NCBI GenBank assembly: GCA_965218435.1
Contig: CBDCKW010000009.1
Coordinates: forward strand, 1,600,001-1,664,000
Direction: 5' to 3'
DNA from: Truepera sp.
Lineage (GTDB): Bacteria; Deinococcota; Deinococci; Deinococcales; Trueperaceae
DNA: 64,000 bases
The notes below the pieces were generated by a model, which was not told the DNA's origin, searched no databases, and saw nothing but the letters and a program-made list of their open reading frames with translations. The first letter of the stretch is position 1. Each line of letters opens with the position of its first letter. Positions 20,921 through 31,143 of this stretch are shown here, one piece after another. A program made the translations under genes and the position numbers.

Positions 20921-21511
20921 TCAGGTAAAAATCTCCTGCAACCGGCGGTGGCAGAGCCGGTAGGTAACATGTCCGGTTGCCGCGACGCTTAGCAGCAGAC
21001 TTGCTGGAAAAAGCCAGAAGGCCACCGCGCTCAGCAGCAACACGCCCACACAGAGCGCCGTCGTTCCGAGTTGCGTCATACCTAAGATAAGCGCGGTGCG
21101 AGCTGCGGCCCACGGGCCTAACGTGGTGCTGACCCGGAGCGGAAAGAGAAACACGCTCGCTGCTAGATAAAGTACAGCGCCGAGCAAGACGAGCGCAAAG
21201 AGGGGGGGACGCAGCCACAACGCTATCTGGGGGAGCAAGATGAAGTTTAAGGCGAGCAGCCCTGGAATTAGGAGCCAAAAAAGACCGAGCAAAAAGTCCG
21301 GTAAGAAAGCGGCGCGAAACCGAGCGAAAAACGGTAGGTAAAACGCGTCGTCGGGGTTATCCTGCCAAGCGCGAAACACCGCGAACATCGCCGTGGTCGC
21401 CGGAACTAGCGTCACGATCAGAGAGGAGCAGATAAGCCACAAGCCGCTCAGCAGCAGATAGCTGCTCAGGCGGTTAAGCCACCAATAAAACCGGCTGTCT
21501 AGAAGTCGCAT
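20921..21511 (-). CDS. YesL/DUF624 family membrane protein
   Basis: LWL..S..IVT.VPAT.AMF...R.W and FF..FR motifs; typical companion of sugar ABC clusters. Confidence 0.8.
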   Translation of the reverse strand: MRLLDSRFYWWLNRLSSYLLLSGLWLICSSLIVTLVPATTAMFAVFRAWQDNPDDAFYLPFFARFRAAFLPDFLLGLFWLLIPGLLALNFILLPQIALWLRPPLFALVLLGAVLYLAASVFLFPLRVSTTLGPWAAARTALILGMTQLGTTALCVGVLLLSAVAFWLFPASLLLSVAATGHVTYRLCHRRLQEIFT

Positions 21512-21600
21512 CGTCCGGGCTAGTCTAACGCCCACCGGAAGAGTTTGTCACAGCCTCATCCAAGTCACTTATTCTCTAAGCTTTTATTAGGAGTCAACCG

Positions 21601-24600
21601 TTGCGTCACAGTGCCCACCACAGCGTTCGTCACACTGCCGAAAAACTCGCTAAACGCCTGAAACTCATCACGCCGCTCGTCTACCGCCGTCACGCTACTC
21701 TGGAGCCCTTTCGTTATAAGAAGTTGGACTCTCCGCTCGAGCCCCCCCTGCTAGACGAAGACACGAGCAGTTGGGAAACGTTGGCATGGGGCACGTACTG
21801 GGGCGCGCCGCGCACCGAGTTTATGCTCCGCAGTTCGTTCTCTGTTCCGACCGACTGGGACACGTCACTGCCTACCGCTCTCTATCTGCCCCTCGGTGAA
21901 GCAGGCGATTTCAGCCACCCCGAAACGCTCGTCTACCTGGACGGCTCCGCCTACGCCGCCGCCGACCGCCACCACCAAGAGATAAGGCTGCCCGACGGGA
22001 CAAGCGGCACGCACGAACTGGCGTTTTACGGCTGGACCGGCATCAATATGGCCGAAGACCGGCGCTTGTACTTGCGTGAATGCAGCGTGGTGCAGCTCGA
22101 GCCCACCACCCGCGAATTCGTCAACCTGGCAAGAGTTGCACTCGAGACAGCAGAACATCTGGATGATAACGAACCGGCAAAAGGCCACCTGCTCAACGCT
22201 CTGGACGACGCCTTTAAGGAGCTCGAGACCCTCGCCGTAGACCAAAACGAGCCTGACCGCAATGCTTTCTATGACAGCGTACCGAACGCGTTAGACACGC
22301 TTAAAGCCGGGATTGCCAAAGCTGGCCCCGCCGAATCAGTCACGGTTGCCGCCGCCGGCCACGCCCACATTGACGTGGCGTGGCTCTGGACGTTGGGTCA
22401 AACACGCCGTAAAGCCGGGCGCACCTTTCACACCGTCATGCGGCTGATGGAAGAGTTTCCCAAGTACAGCTTTTCGCAGAGCCAACCGCAGCTTTACGAC
22501 TATGTGCGGCAGGATTATCCTGAACTTTTTGAAGACATTAAGAAACGCGTTGCCGAAGGCCGCTGGGAAACTCTGGGCGGGATGTGGATTGAAGCCGACT
22601 GCAACCTCTCAGGTTCCGAGTCGTTGGCGCGGCAATTTGTCTTAGGCAGAGCATTCTTCAAAAAGCATTTTGGCGAGGTGGATTCGCCTATCTTATGGCT
22701 TCCCGACGTGTTCGGCTACGCCTGGAACCTGCCACAACTGATTAAAGAGGCCGGTTTGGAATACTTCTTCACCATCAAAATCGGCTGGAGCCAGTACAAC
22801 CGTCTCCCCTACGATTCGTTTTACTGGCAAGGGTTGGACGGCACCAAAGTTTTGACGCACTTCTCAACCACGCCCGAAGTCGGCAGCCCGCACGCGAGCA
22901 CCTACAACGCCGCCGCGACGCCCGAACAAAACCTCGGCACGTGGCGCAATTTCCAGCAAAAAGACGCCGAGCAAGACCTCTTTATGGCCTATGGTTACGG
23001 TGACGGCGGCGGCGGCCCAACCCGCGAAATGCTGGAAAACATCACCCTGATGCAGGACTTTCCGGCGCAACCGAAGATGCGTTTTAGTACGGCGAAAGAT
23101 TTTTTTGAGAGGCTCGAGCGAACCTCCGGCGACATGCTGCCGACCTGGAACGGCGAGCTGTATTTGGAACTCCACCGCGGCACCTACACCACCCAGGGCC
23201 GCAACAAACGCGCCAACCGTAAAAGCGAGTTTTTACTGCACGACGCGGAGTTCTTAGCGTCTTTAGCCGGAACGTTGGACAAGAGCTACACCTACCCGAA
23301 AGACGACCTCGGCCGCGCCTGGGAGCTCGTATGCCTCAACCAGTTTCACGACATCATCCCCGGTAGCAGCATCGGTGAGGTTTATACGGAATCTTTGGAG
23401 CAGTACGAAGAGGTCAAAACGCTGGGTGAAAAATCCCGGGGTGACGCCCTCGAGGTCATCGCACAGAATATGGGCGGCGAAGTCGTCGTGGTCAACCCAA
23501 CTTCGTTTACACGGGACGATTTGGTTTTTATCGCCGAAACCGGTTTGGGAACACTCCGGCGCGCCGACGGGTCGCCGGTTTTAACGCAAGAAGTTGACGG
23601 AGGGACGCTTTTAGCAGCCGGAAGTTTAGAGCCTTACAGCGCCACGCCGTTACAGAGCAGTGACGAAACCGAGACGCCGGTCTCTGAACTGAGCGTGGGT
23701 GAAGAGGGGCTCGAGAACGCCTTCGTCCGCATCGAACTAAATAGTGACGGCGATTTGACCAGGGTGTTTGACAAAGTGGCGAACCGTGAGGTTTTAGCCG
23801 ACGGTGCCAAAGGCAACGAGTTTTTAGCCTTTGAAGACCGCCCGAACGCGTGGGACGCGTGGGACGTAGATATCTTTTACGACGATAAGATCTACACCGC
23901 CGAGCCTGCCTCGTCCGTCAGGGTTGTTGAACAGGGACCTTTACGGGCAACCCTCGAGATCAAACGGCAGATTTTGCACAGCAGCTATACGCAGCGGTTG
24001 TCGCTCAGTTACAACAGCCCGCGCTTAGACATCACCACCGACATTGACTGGCGCGAACGGCACACCCTGCTAAAAGTTGCCTTTCCGACGCCTATCTTGT
24101 CACCGGTCGCCACGCACGAAATCCAGTGGGGCAACGTGCAGCGCCCGACGCACCGTAATACCAGCTGGGACTGGGCACGCTTTGAAACCTGCGCCCAAAA
24201 ATGGGTAGACGTGTCCGAGTCGGATTACGGCGTGAGCGTGTTAAACGACTGCAAATACGGCAACGACGTGCAGGGCGGGACGATGCGCCTCTCTCTCCTG
24301 CGCAGCCCGACCGCTCCCGATCCCGAAGCCGACCAGGGCCAGCACACCTTTACCTACAGCTTGCTGCCGCATACGGGCGCAGTCGGTGAAACAACCATCG
24401 CCGCCGCCTACGCGCTCAACGACCCACTGTTGGCCGTTAAAGCGTCCGGCGAGGCCACCGCGCCACAGAGCTTTTTAACGGTGGACCGGCCCAACGCGGT
24501 GATTGAAACCGTCAAACATGCTGAAGATAGTTCAGGGGTCGTCGTAAGACTTTACGAGTCACAGCGGCAACGCGGGCCGGTCACACTGCAAGCCGGGTTT

Positions 24601-24729
24601 AATGTAGCCAAAGCGGAGCGGACGAATTTGCTCGAGACCCCCCGCGAAACCTTACAAGTTGAGGGCAACCGGGTCACCTTCGACCTTAACCCCTTTGAAA
24701 TCGTGACGCTTAAACTCACCCCGGCCTGA
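21601..24729 (+). CDS. Alpha-mannosidase, glycoside hydrolase family 38
   Basis: GHAHIDVAWLW, WLPDVFGY, GYGDGGGGPT, HRGTYT and NQFHDIIPGS; TTG start with AGGAG SD. Confidence 0.95.
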   Translation: MRHSAHHSVRHTAEKLAKRLKLITPLVYRRHATLEPFRYKKLDSPLEPPLLDEDTSSWETLAWGTYWGAPRTEFMLRSSFSVPTDWDTSLPTALYLPLGEAGDFSHPETLVYLDGSAYAAADRHHQEIRLPDGTSGTHELAFYGWTGINMAEDRRLYLRECSVVQLEPTTREFVNLARVALETAEHLDDNEPAKGHLLNALDDAFKELETLAVDQNEPDRNAFYDSVPNALDTLKAGIAKAGPAESVTVAAAGHAHIDVAWLWTLGQTRRKAGRTFHTVMRLMEEFPKYSFSQSQPQLYDYVRQDYPELFEDIKKRVAEGRWETLGGMWIEADCNLSGSESLARQFVLGRAFFKKHFGEVDSPILWLPDVFGYAWNLPQLIKEAGLEYFFTIKIGWSQYNRLPYDSFYWQGLDGTKVLTHFSTTPEVGSPHASTYNAAATPEQNLGTWRNFQQKDAEQDLFMAYGYGDGGGGPTREMLENITLMQDFPAQPKMRFSTAKDFFERLERTSGDMLPTWNGELYLELHRGTYTTQGRNKRANRKSEFLLHDAEFLASLAGTLDKSYTYPKDDLGRAWELVCLNQFHDIIPGSSIGEVYTESLEQYEEVKTLGEKSRGDALEVIAQNMGGEVVVVNPTSFTRDDLVFIAETGLGTLRRADGSPVLTQEVDGGTLLAAGSLEPYSATPLQSSDETETPVSELSVGEEGLENAFVRIELNSDGDLTRVFDKVANREVLADGAKGNEFLAFEDRPNAWDAWDVDIFYDDKIYTAEPASSVRVVEQGPLRATLEIKRQILHSSYTQRLSLSYNSPRLDITTDIDWRERHTLLKVAFPTPILSPVATHEIQWGNVQRPTHRNTSWDWARFETCAQKWVDVSESDYGVSVLNDCKYGNDVQGGTMRLSLLRSPTAPDPEADQGQHTFTYSLLPHTGAVGETTIAAAYALNDPLLAVKASGEATAPQSFLTVDRPNAVIETVKHAEDSSGVVVRLYESQRQRGPVTLQAGFNVAKAERTNLLETPRETLQVEGNRVTFDLNPFEIVTLKLTPA

Positions 24730-24799
24730 GCAACCAACCTTCTCTCTTCCAGCGTGCAGTTGGTTACGACCTGGGTACACTGCCAGTTAAGGACAAACG

Positions 24800-25840
24800 A
24801 TGACTCAACCTACAAGAAATTCCGGGAAAAAAGTGAATGTTGCCCTACTCGGTGCGGGCGGTATCGCCGGTGTTCATGTCAAGGGCATCTTGGCGCACAA
24901 AGACAAGTTGGAGTGCGTCGCCCTCTGTGACGTGTCGGACGACGCGCTCGCCCTCCGCGCCGCGCAGCTCGGCAACGACCCGGCGCGTTATCACGACTGG
25001 CATACGCTATTCGCTGAGCAAAAAGACTTGGACGCCGTCATTATCGCGCTCCCGCACCAGCTCCACGCTCCGGCAATTTTGGCGGCAGCCGAGGCGGGCA
25101 AAGCGGTTCTCTGCGAAAAACCGATGTGCATGACGCTCAAAGAAGCCGATGAGATTTTAGCAGCAGTCAAGCGTTCGGGTGTCATCTACATGTCGGCGCA
25201 CAACCAGCTCTTTACCCCGGTCGTGCGGGAGGCCAAACGGCTTTTAGACGATGGACTGATCGGCAAGCTCCGCTGGCTCCGGACACAAGACTGTTTCGTC
25301 GCGTCCCCGACCTCGATGCGCGGCACCTGGCGCGGCAGCGTCGCCTCACAAGGGGGCGGCGAACTCATTGACACCGGTTACCACCCGTCGTACTTGCTCC
25401 TTTACTTGGCAGGTGCGCCTTTGGCAGAAGTCCGGGGTAGCATGAGCCGCTTTCATATGCAGATTGAAGGCGAAGACACCGCGAGCGTGCAGGTACGGTT
25501 TCAAAACGGCGTCCTCGGTGAGGTCTTGACCTCGTGGGCCATGACGCTGCCTTACGGGACGCACAAGCTGCATCTGGTCGGGGACAAAGGGGAGTTGTTC
25601 GGTTCAGATAACATCCTCTACTACTGCCCGACCGGATTTGCTGAGCCTGCGGCACGCGTTTTGCCAAAAATTGAAAGCACCTTCACTGAAGAGATCGGCT
25701 ATTTTGCCGACTGCTTAAAAGACGGCACAGAGCCGCTGCACGGCGCGGAAGATGGGCGGGCGGTGCTCGAGCTCATCTTGAAAGCTTCTAAAAGTGCCGA
25801 AGGCTGGCAGCAAACCGCGCCGCTGCAAGGTGTGCTATGA
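24800..25840 (+). CDS. Gfo/Idh/MocA family oxidoreductase
   Basis: GAGGIA Rossmann motif, CEKP and GGGELIDTGYH. Confidence 0.92.
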   Translation: MTQPTRNSGKKVNVALLGAGGIAGVHVKGILAHKDKLECVALCDVSDDALALRAAQLGNDPARYHDWHTLFAEQKDLDAVIIALPHQLHAPAILAAAEAGKAVLCEKPMCMTLKEADEILAAVKRSGVIYMSAHNQLFTPVVREAKRLLDDGLIGKLRWLRTQDCFVASPTSMRGTWRGSVASQGGGELIDTGYHPSYLLLYLAGAPLAEVRGSMSRFHMQIEGEDTASVQVRFQNGVLGEVLTSWAMTLPYGTHKLHLVGDKGELFGSDNILYYCPTGFAEPAARVLPKIESTFTEEIGYFADCLKDGTEPLHGAEDGRAVLELILKASKSAEGWQQTAPLQGVL

Positions 25841-26709
25841 ACCGGACGGCAACCGGATTTCCGATAGGGTTTCGCCACACACCCCTGTCGGAATGGAGTC
25901 AAGACCTTGCGGGCCTTGTTGCGTGGGCAGAAGAAAACGACTTTGGCGCACTGGACATTGGAGGCGGAGCTGACCAAGTCTCCGCCGTCATAGAGGCCGG
26001 TTTACGGGTCGGGTCGGTTGATTTACCCGAATGGCGAGGGATGCTTTCGCTGGGCGCGGACAAACGCCGAGACGCCGTAAAACGTAACCGGGACGTTATC
26101 GAAGCGTGGGCTGCGGCGGGGGAACCGCTCAACTATTTCACTGTAATGGTTCCCGAAGACCCGAACGCGCCGCCGCAAGAGGTTTTTAAGGCGATGGTCG
26201 AAAGTTACGGCGAGCTGGCCCCAGTGCTCGAGGCTAACAACGCGAAAATCGTCATCGAAGGCTGGCCCGGCCCCGGCGCTCTTTGCTGCACCCCCGAATC
26301 GTACCGAGCCTTTTTTGAGGCGTGTCCGTCTCCGGCGCTGGGCGTCAACTACGACCCCTCACACCTGCTCCGCATGGGTATTGACCCCTTGAAGTTTTTG
26401 GCAGAGTTTAGTGGACGCGTCTATCACGTTCACGCCAAAGATACCGAGATGGTTGACGAGTTGCGCTACGAGTACGGCACCGAGCAGAAACCGCTATTTG
26501 CGGCACCGCCACGCTTCGGCGGCCCCTTCTGGCGCTACACCATTCCAGGTCACGGCGTGATGCGCTGGCAGCGGGCGTTTGCAATGCTGGCTGAGGCAGG
26601 TTACGGCGGTTGCGTCTGCGTCGAATTAGAAGACCAATCTTTTAATGGTCAAGAGGAAACGGAAAAAGCCGGGTTGCTGGCCGCAAGACACTTTTTAGAG
26701 AGTTGTTAG
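25837..26709 (+). CDS. Sugar phosphate isomerase/epimerase (xylose-isomerase-like TIM barrel)
   Basis: IE, NYDPSH, HVHAKD, PGHG and VELED metal-ligand pattern. Confidence 0.88.
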   Translation: MNRTATGFPIGFRHTPLSEWSQDLAGLVAWAEENDFGALDIGGGADQVSAVIEAGLRVGSVDLPEWRGMLSLGADKRRDAVKRNRDVIEAWAAAGEPLNYFTVMVPEDPNAPPQEVFKAMVESYGELAPVLEANNAKIVIEGWPGPGALCCTPESYRAFFEACPSPALGVNYDPSHLLRMGIDPLKFLAEFSGRVYHVHAKDTEMVDELRYEYGTEQKPLFAAPPRFGGPFWRYTIPGHGVMRWQRAFAMLAEAGYGGCVCVELEDQSFNGQEETEKAGLLAARHFLESC

Positions 26710-26717
26710 GAGAACCG

Positions 26718-27719
26718 GTGGAATACACCAAACTAGGCCGCTCGAACATGACGGTGAGCAAAATCTGCTTAGGCACGATGCACTTTGGGCCTTATGCGTC
26801 TGAAGAAGAGTCGCATAAGATTTTAGACCGGACGTTAGACATGGGCATCAACTTTATTGACACCGCCAACGTTTACGGCGGTAATGACAAAGGGCGCTCG
26901 GAAAAGATCATCGGCAACTGGTTCGCCCGTCGGCCTGAAGTTCGGGATCAGGTCGTCTTGGCGACTAAACTCTATAACCCCATGCAAAAGAGCAACGTTC
27001 CCAACGATGAAGCTGGATTCTCGGCTTACAAGGCGCGAAAGCAGGTTAAAGACTCGCTCGAGCGCCTCCAAACCGACCGCATCGACCTCTACCAAGTTCA
27101 TCACATTGACCGCCGCGTCTCGCCCGAGGAGTTTTGGGGCACGTATGAAAAGATGATTGCCGACGGAGACGTGCTCTATGCGGGCTCGAGCAACTTTCCC
27201 GGTTGGGGGCTGGCTAAAATGCAGCTGCAAGCTTGGCAACGCGGCTCCGTCGGCTTTGTGTCCGAGCAGACACAGTACAACCTGCTCAACCGTATTCCCG
27301 AGCTGGAAGTTTTACCTGCCGCGCAAGACTTGGGCATCGGCGTGATCGCCTATATGCCGCTGGCAGGTGGCCTGTTAACCGGTAAGGTGAGCGCCGCTGA
27401 AGGCTCACGTACCCAGCAGTTAGAAGAGGAATACGACATCAAGCTGGGTGAAGGCAACGATCAGTTCAGCGCGTTCTCGGCGCTGTGCCGCGATTTGGGC
27501 GTGCGTGAACACGTCGTCGCAACCGCTTGGGTCTTGCATAATCCGGCGGTAGCTTCGGCGATTGTCGGCGTTCGGAAGGTCGAGCAGTTAGACGGCCTTG
27601 AAGAAGCTGCGGGACTTGTGCTCGAGCCGGACGTGATGACCCGCTTGGACGAGATTTTTAACATCAACCGGGGCCGTAAACTTGGCCCCGGCCCGGTGCC
27701 TGAAGCTTACGCTTGGTAG
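26718..27719 (+). CDS. Aldo/keto reductase
   Basis: [32 protein letters not shown] and [13 protein letters not shown] start after AGGAG. Confidence 0.93.
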   Translation: MEYTKLGRSNMTVSKICLGTMHFGPYASEEESHKILDRTLDMGINFIDTANVYGGNDKGRSEKIIGNWFARRPEVRDQVVLATKLYNPMQKSNVPNDEAGFSAYKARKQVKDSLERLQTDRIDLYQVHHIDRRVSPEEFWGTYEKMIADGDVLYAGSSNFPGWGLAKMQLQAWQRGSVGFVSEQTQYNLLNRIPELEVLPAAQDLGIGVIAYMPLAGGLLTGKVSAAEGSRTQQLEEEYDIKLGEGNDQFSAFSALCRDLGVREHVVATAWVLHNPAVASAIVGVRKVEQLDGLEEAAGLVLEPDVMTRLDEIFNINRGRKLGPGPVPEAYAW

Positions 27720-27958
27720 ACGCACTTTAGATGCCGTAAATAAGTGAATTGTCCCACGCGCTTGTGCAGGTCTTTGACGGGTAGGCCGATGACCGGGAGC
27801 GGGAAGTCTCTGGCCCCTTCACTCCACGACAACGACGAGCCTTGCGGGTCGGCGTCAATCAGGAGCGTGCGGCCGTGCTGTGCCAGCCCGAGGGCTAAGT
27901 AGACGGCGGTAGTGGTCTTGCCGGTGCCGCCCTTGAGGTTGACGATAGCGAGCTTCAT
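27707..27958 (-). pseudogene. Truncated ParA-family ATPase (N-terminal ~70 aa)
   Basis: KGGTGKTT deviant Walker A and IDADPQGS; ends before Walker B and runs into the aldo/keto reductase 3' end. Confidence 0.8.
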
Positions 27959-27962
27959 GATT

Positions 27963-28000
27963 TAAGTATGTACTTAACTACTTAGATAAGTATATACTTA
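27963..28000. repeat. Two palindromes TAAGTA-NN-TACTTA plus an extra TACTTA, upstream of the parA fragment
   Basis: TAAGTATGTACTTA at 27963-27976, TACTTA at 27979 and TAAGTATATACTTA at 27987-28000. Confidence 0.8.
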
Positions 28001-28798
28001 TCAGTTTTGACTCGTTAGCATCCTAAGCTCTGTGTAGTGTAAAAGCCCTACCCCTGATATGTTCGCCAGTTCCTTAGCTGAATTCGTGAAATTAGCGTTG
28101 GACACAACGAACGCTTTGTCAGCCGAAGCAAACGATTTACCTGCAATAGCCTCTTGAACTGCCTTGTTACCGACAGCAGAGGCAGATTTTTTGACCTGAA
28201 ACACAGCTTTGCAACCGTCTTTTTCGGCTATAATGTCAATTCCTTGGTCTCCCGAAGCTTGAGTAACCCGTGCAGACCAACCACCTTTAGAAAGTAAAGA
28301 AGCACAATGCGCTTCAAAATAAAGAACCCCGCCGCAAGCGAACGGGGTATTCCAGTCAAACAAGCTCCCCTGCTGCGTCTGGTGCAGTTGTTGATAGTGC
28401 TTTCCCTGCTTTCTTACATACGAGCCTATCAAGCCTTCATCACCATGTTTGCCTACGGTACTGGCAAAGTAGCCATCCGACCAGAACTCTCCCCCCCAAA
28501 GCTTCTTCTTGACTTGTGGACATTGCCGGAACACTTCACGTGCGGTAATACTTTTGATCGTTCGCACGATCTTTACAACCGTGTAAGTGGGCACCGATTG
28601 CACCAGAAAATGGACATGATCCTTGTCTGTGCCTATCTCTAAAAATATGATCTCGTAACGCTTCTCAATCTCCACGCAGACTTCTTTGAGCACGTTGTCA
28701 ACTTCATCGTCTATCACCGCGCGACGGTACTTCGCCGGAAAAACTATGTGGTACATCAGAATATCTACGTTGTGGCTCTTGTGGATATACTTGCTCAC
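28001..28798 (-). CDS. tnpA: IS200/IS605 TnpA (Y1 HUH transposase) fused in frame to an Mrr-like PD-(D/E)xK endonuclease domain
   Basis: aa 1-148: YHIVF..KYRR, HUH motif DHVHF, FWSDGYF and catalytic Y in SYVRKQ. aa 161-265: FE..., SGDQGIDII, QVK, VGNKAVQE and FT..A.ELA. Confidence 0.85.
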   Translation of the reverse strand: MSKYIHKSHNVDILMYHIVFPAKYRRAVIDDEVDNVLKEVCVEIEKRYEIIFLEIGTDKDHVHFLVQSVPTYTVVKIVRTIKSITAREVFRQCPQVKKKLWGGEFWSDGYFASTVGKHGDEGLIGSYVRKQGKHYQQLHQTQQGSLFDWNTPFACGGVLYFEAHCASLLSKGGWSARVTQASGDQGIDIIAEKDGCKAVFQVKKSASAVGNKAVQEAIAGKSFASADKAFVVSNANFTNSAKELANISGVGLLHYTELRMLTSQN

Positions 28799-28848
28799 CT
28801 TGTGAGTCTACGCCGCAAGCGGCGGGGAATCAGACCCCAAGAGATTAA
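28318..28848 (-). mobile_element. IS200/IS605-family insertion sequence (tnpA only, ~530 bp)
   Basis: Subterminal hairpins share the core GCCGCAAGCG (28331-28340 and 28812-28821) on either side of tnpA. No tnpB. Exact ends are approximate. Confidence 0.85.
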
Positions 28849-28849
28849 A

Positions 28850-29143
28850 TCCCGGCACGACGACCAACGCAGGTTGCAGTTCTGCGAATAAGGCGATGTC
28901 GCTGTCAACAAAGTATTCCAAACCGCCTGTCGCATGAAACTCGTAATATTGGGCACTCAAGCCGAGTGCCAGACCCCCGCCCAGATAGGGCGCAAGCTGC
29001 CTCGTCTCGGGAAAGTAGTTCAGCACGTCTACCGCTAACTCCGCACCGCCGGTAAAGCCGATGTTTAGAACACCGCGGAGGGCCAAAGGTCCCAAGAGAT
29101 TATCGGCCCCACCTTGCAGCGATAGATCATTTCCATCCTCCAA
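28850..29143 (-). pseudogene. Outer-membrane beta-barrel-like gene remnant truncated by the IS
   Basis: Alternating amphipathic strands (LAPYLGGGLALG, HATGGLEYFV, IALFAELQP). In-frame TAG just upstream; C-terminus replaced by IS sequence. Confidence 0.55.
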
Positions 29144-29289
29144 ACTGAGCTATGGGCAGATACCCACGCAACTTTTCAAGTGTTTGCCCAGAACAACTAT
29201 ACCCGCTTTGTAGTGAAACGGCACCTTTTACGCCGGAGGTCTAATTGCGCCGAAGGTCTAGGCAAAACAATCTGCGGTATCCTTAGACT

Positions 29290-30035
<746 letters not shown>

Positions 30036-30042
<7 letters not shown>

Positions 30043-31103
30043 AGGCTATTTTGGACACCAAGCTGACCCGTATCCGCGAGGCGCTAACTGGCTACGGCGC
30101 TGAGGCGCTCCTCGTTACCGAACCGGCCAACGTGCGCTACTTGTCGGGGTTTCGCGCCCCCGAAGACGGGCGGATTCTCGTAACCCTCGAGCACGCCACG
30201 CTCGTGACTGACGGGCGCTACGTCGCGCAGGCGGGCGAAGAGTCACGGCTGCCCGTCGAAATCTTTGAAGACAGTTGGACAGATCACGTCAAAACGAAGC
30301 TCGGCAGGCGCACGCTAGCGTTTGAAGCCGAAAACGTGACCTACGCGCTTTTTGAAACGCTGCAAAAAAAGCTGGGCAAACTGCGTCCGACCGAAGGGTT
30401 GGTCGCTGAACTCAGGCTGATTAAAACGCCGGACGAGATTGAGCTACTCAGGCAAGCCGCAACCCTGACCGACGCCGCCTTTACGCATATCTTAGACTTC
30501 ATTCGGGTGGGGCGGAGCGAGGTGGCTGTGGCATTAGAACTCGAGCACTTTATGCGCGAGCGCGGCGCGGAAGGGCCGAGTTTTGAAACCATCGTTGCGT
30601 CGGGTTATCGGAGCGCAATGCCCCACGGAACGGCCTCGAGCAAACTCATCGAAGTCGGTGACCTCGTAACGCTCGACTTCGGTGCGCTGGTAGACGGCTA
30701 TCACGCCGACATGACCCGAACCGTGGCAGTCGCTGAGCTGACGGACGCACACGCGCAGCTTTACGGCGCAGTGTTGCGGGCACAAAAGGCGGCGGTCGCG
30801 GCCCTCGCTCCCGGTCAGAGCGGCAAAGAGATGGACGCGGTGGCGCGTGACTCGCTGACCCAAGACGGGTTGGGCGAGTATTTTTCTCACAGCCTCGGGC
30901 ACGGCGTCGGCTTAGAGATTCACGAAGGCCCACGCCTGAATCGGCTTGCTGAAAACATCCTCAAACCCGGTATGAGCGTCACCATCGAACCGGGCGCGTA
31001 CATCCCCAGCGACGCGGGCGTCAGGATTGAAGACTTAGCGATGATCACCGAGACGGGTTTTGAGCTGCTATCTCACAGTCCCAAAGAACTCATCGCGCTC
31101 TGA
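30036..31103 (+). CDS. Xaa-Pro peptidase (M24 family)
   Basis: N-terminal creatinase-like domain; DFG....GYHADMTRT, HSLGHGVGLEIHE, TIEPG and GVRIED. Confidence 0.93.
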
Positions 31104-31143
31104 AGGCAGTAAGAAGCGGGAAGCAGCAAGTAGGAATCTTCTC

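Noticed and set aside
28001..28318. TnpB/IscB or an RNA-guided nuclease downstream of tnpA
   Set aside because: No RuvC motifs or zinc finger; the domain is Mrr-like PD-(D/E)xK.
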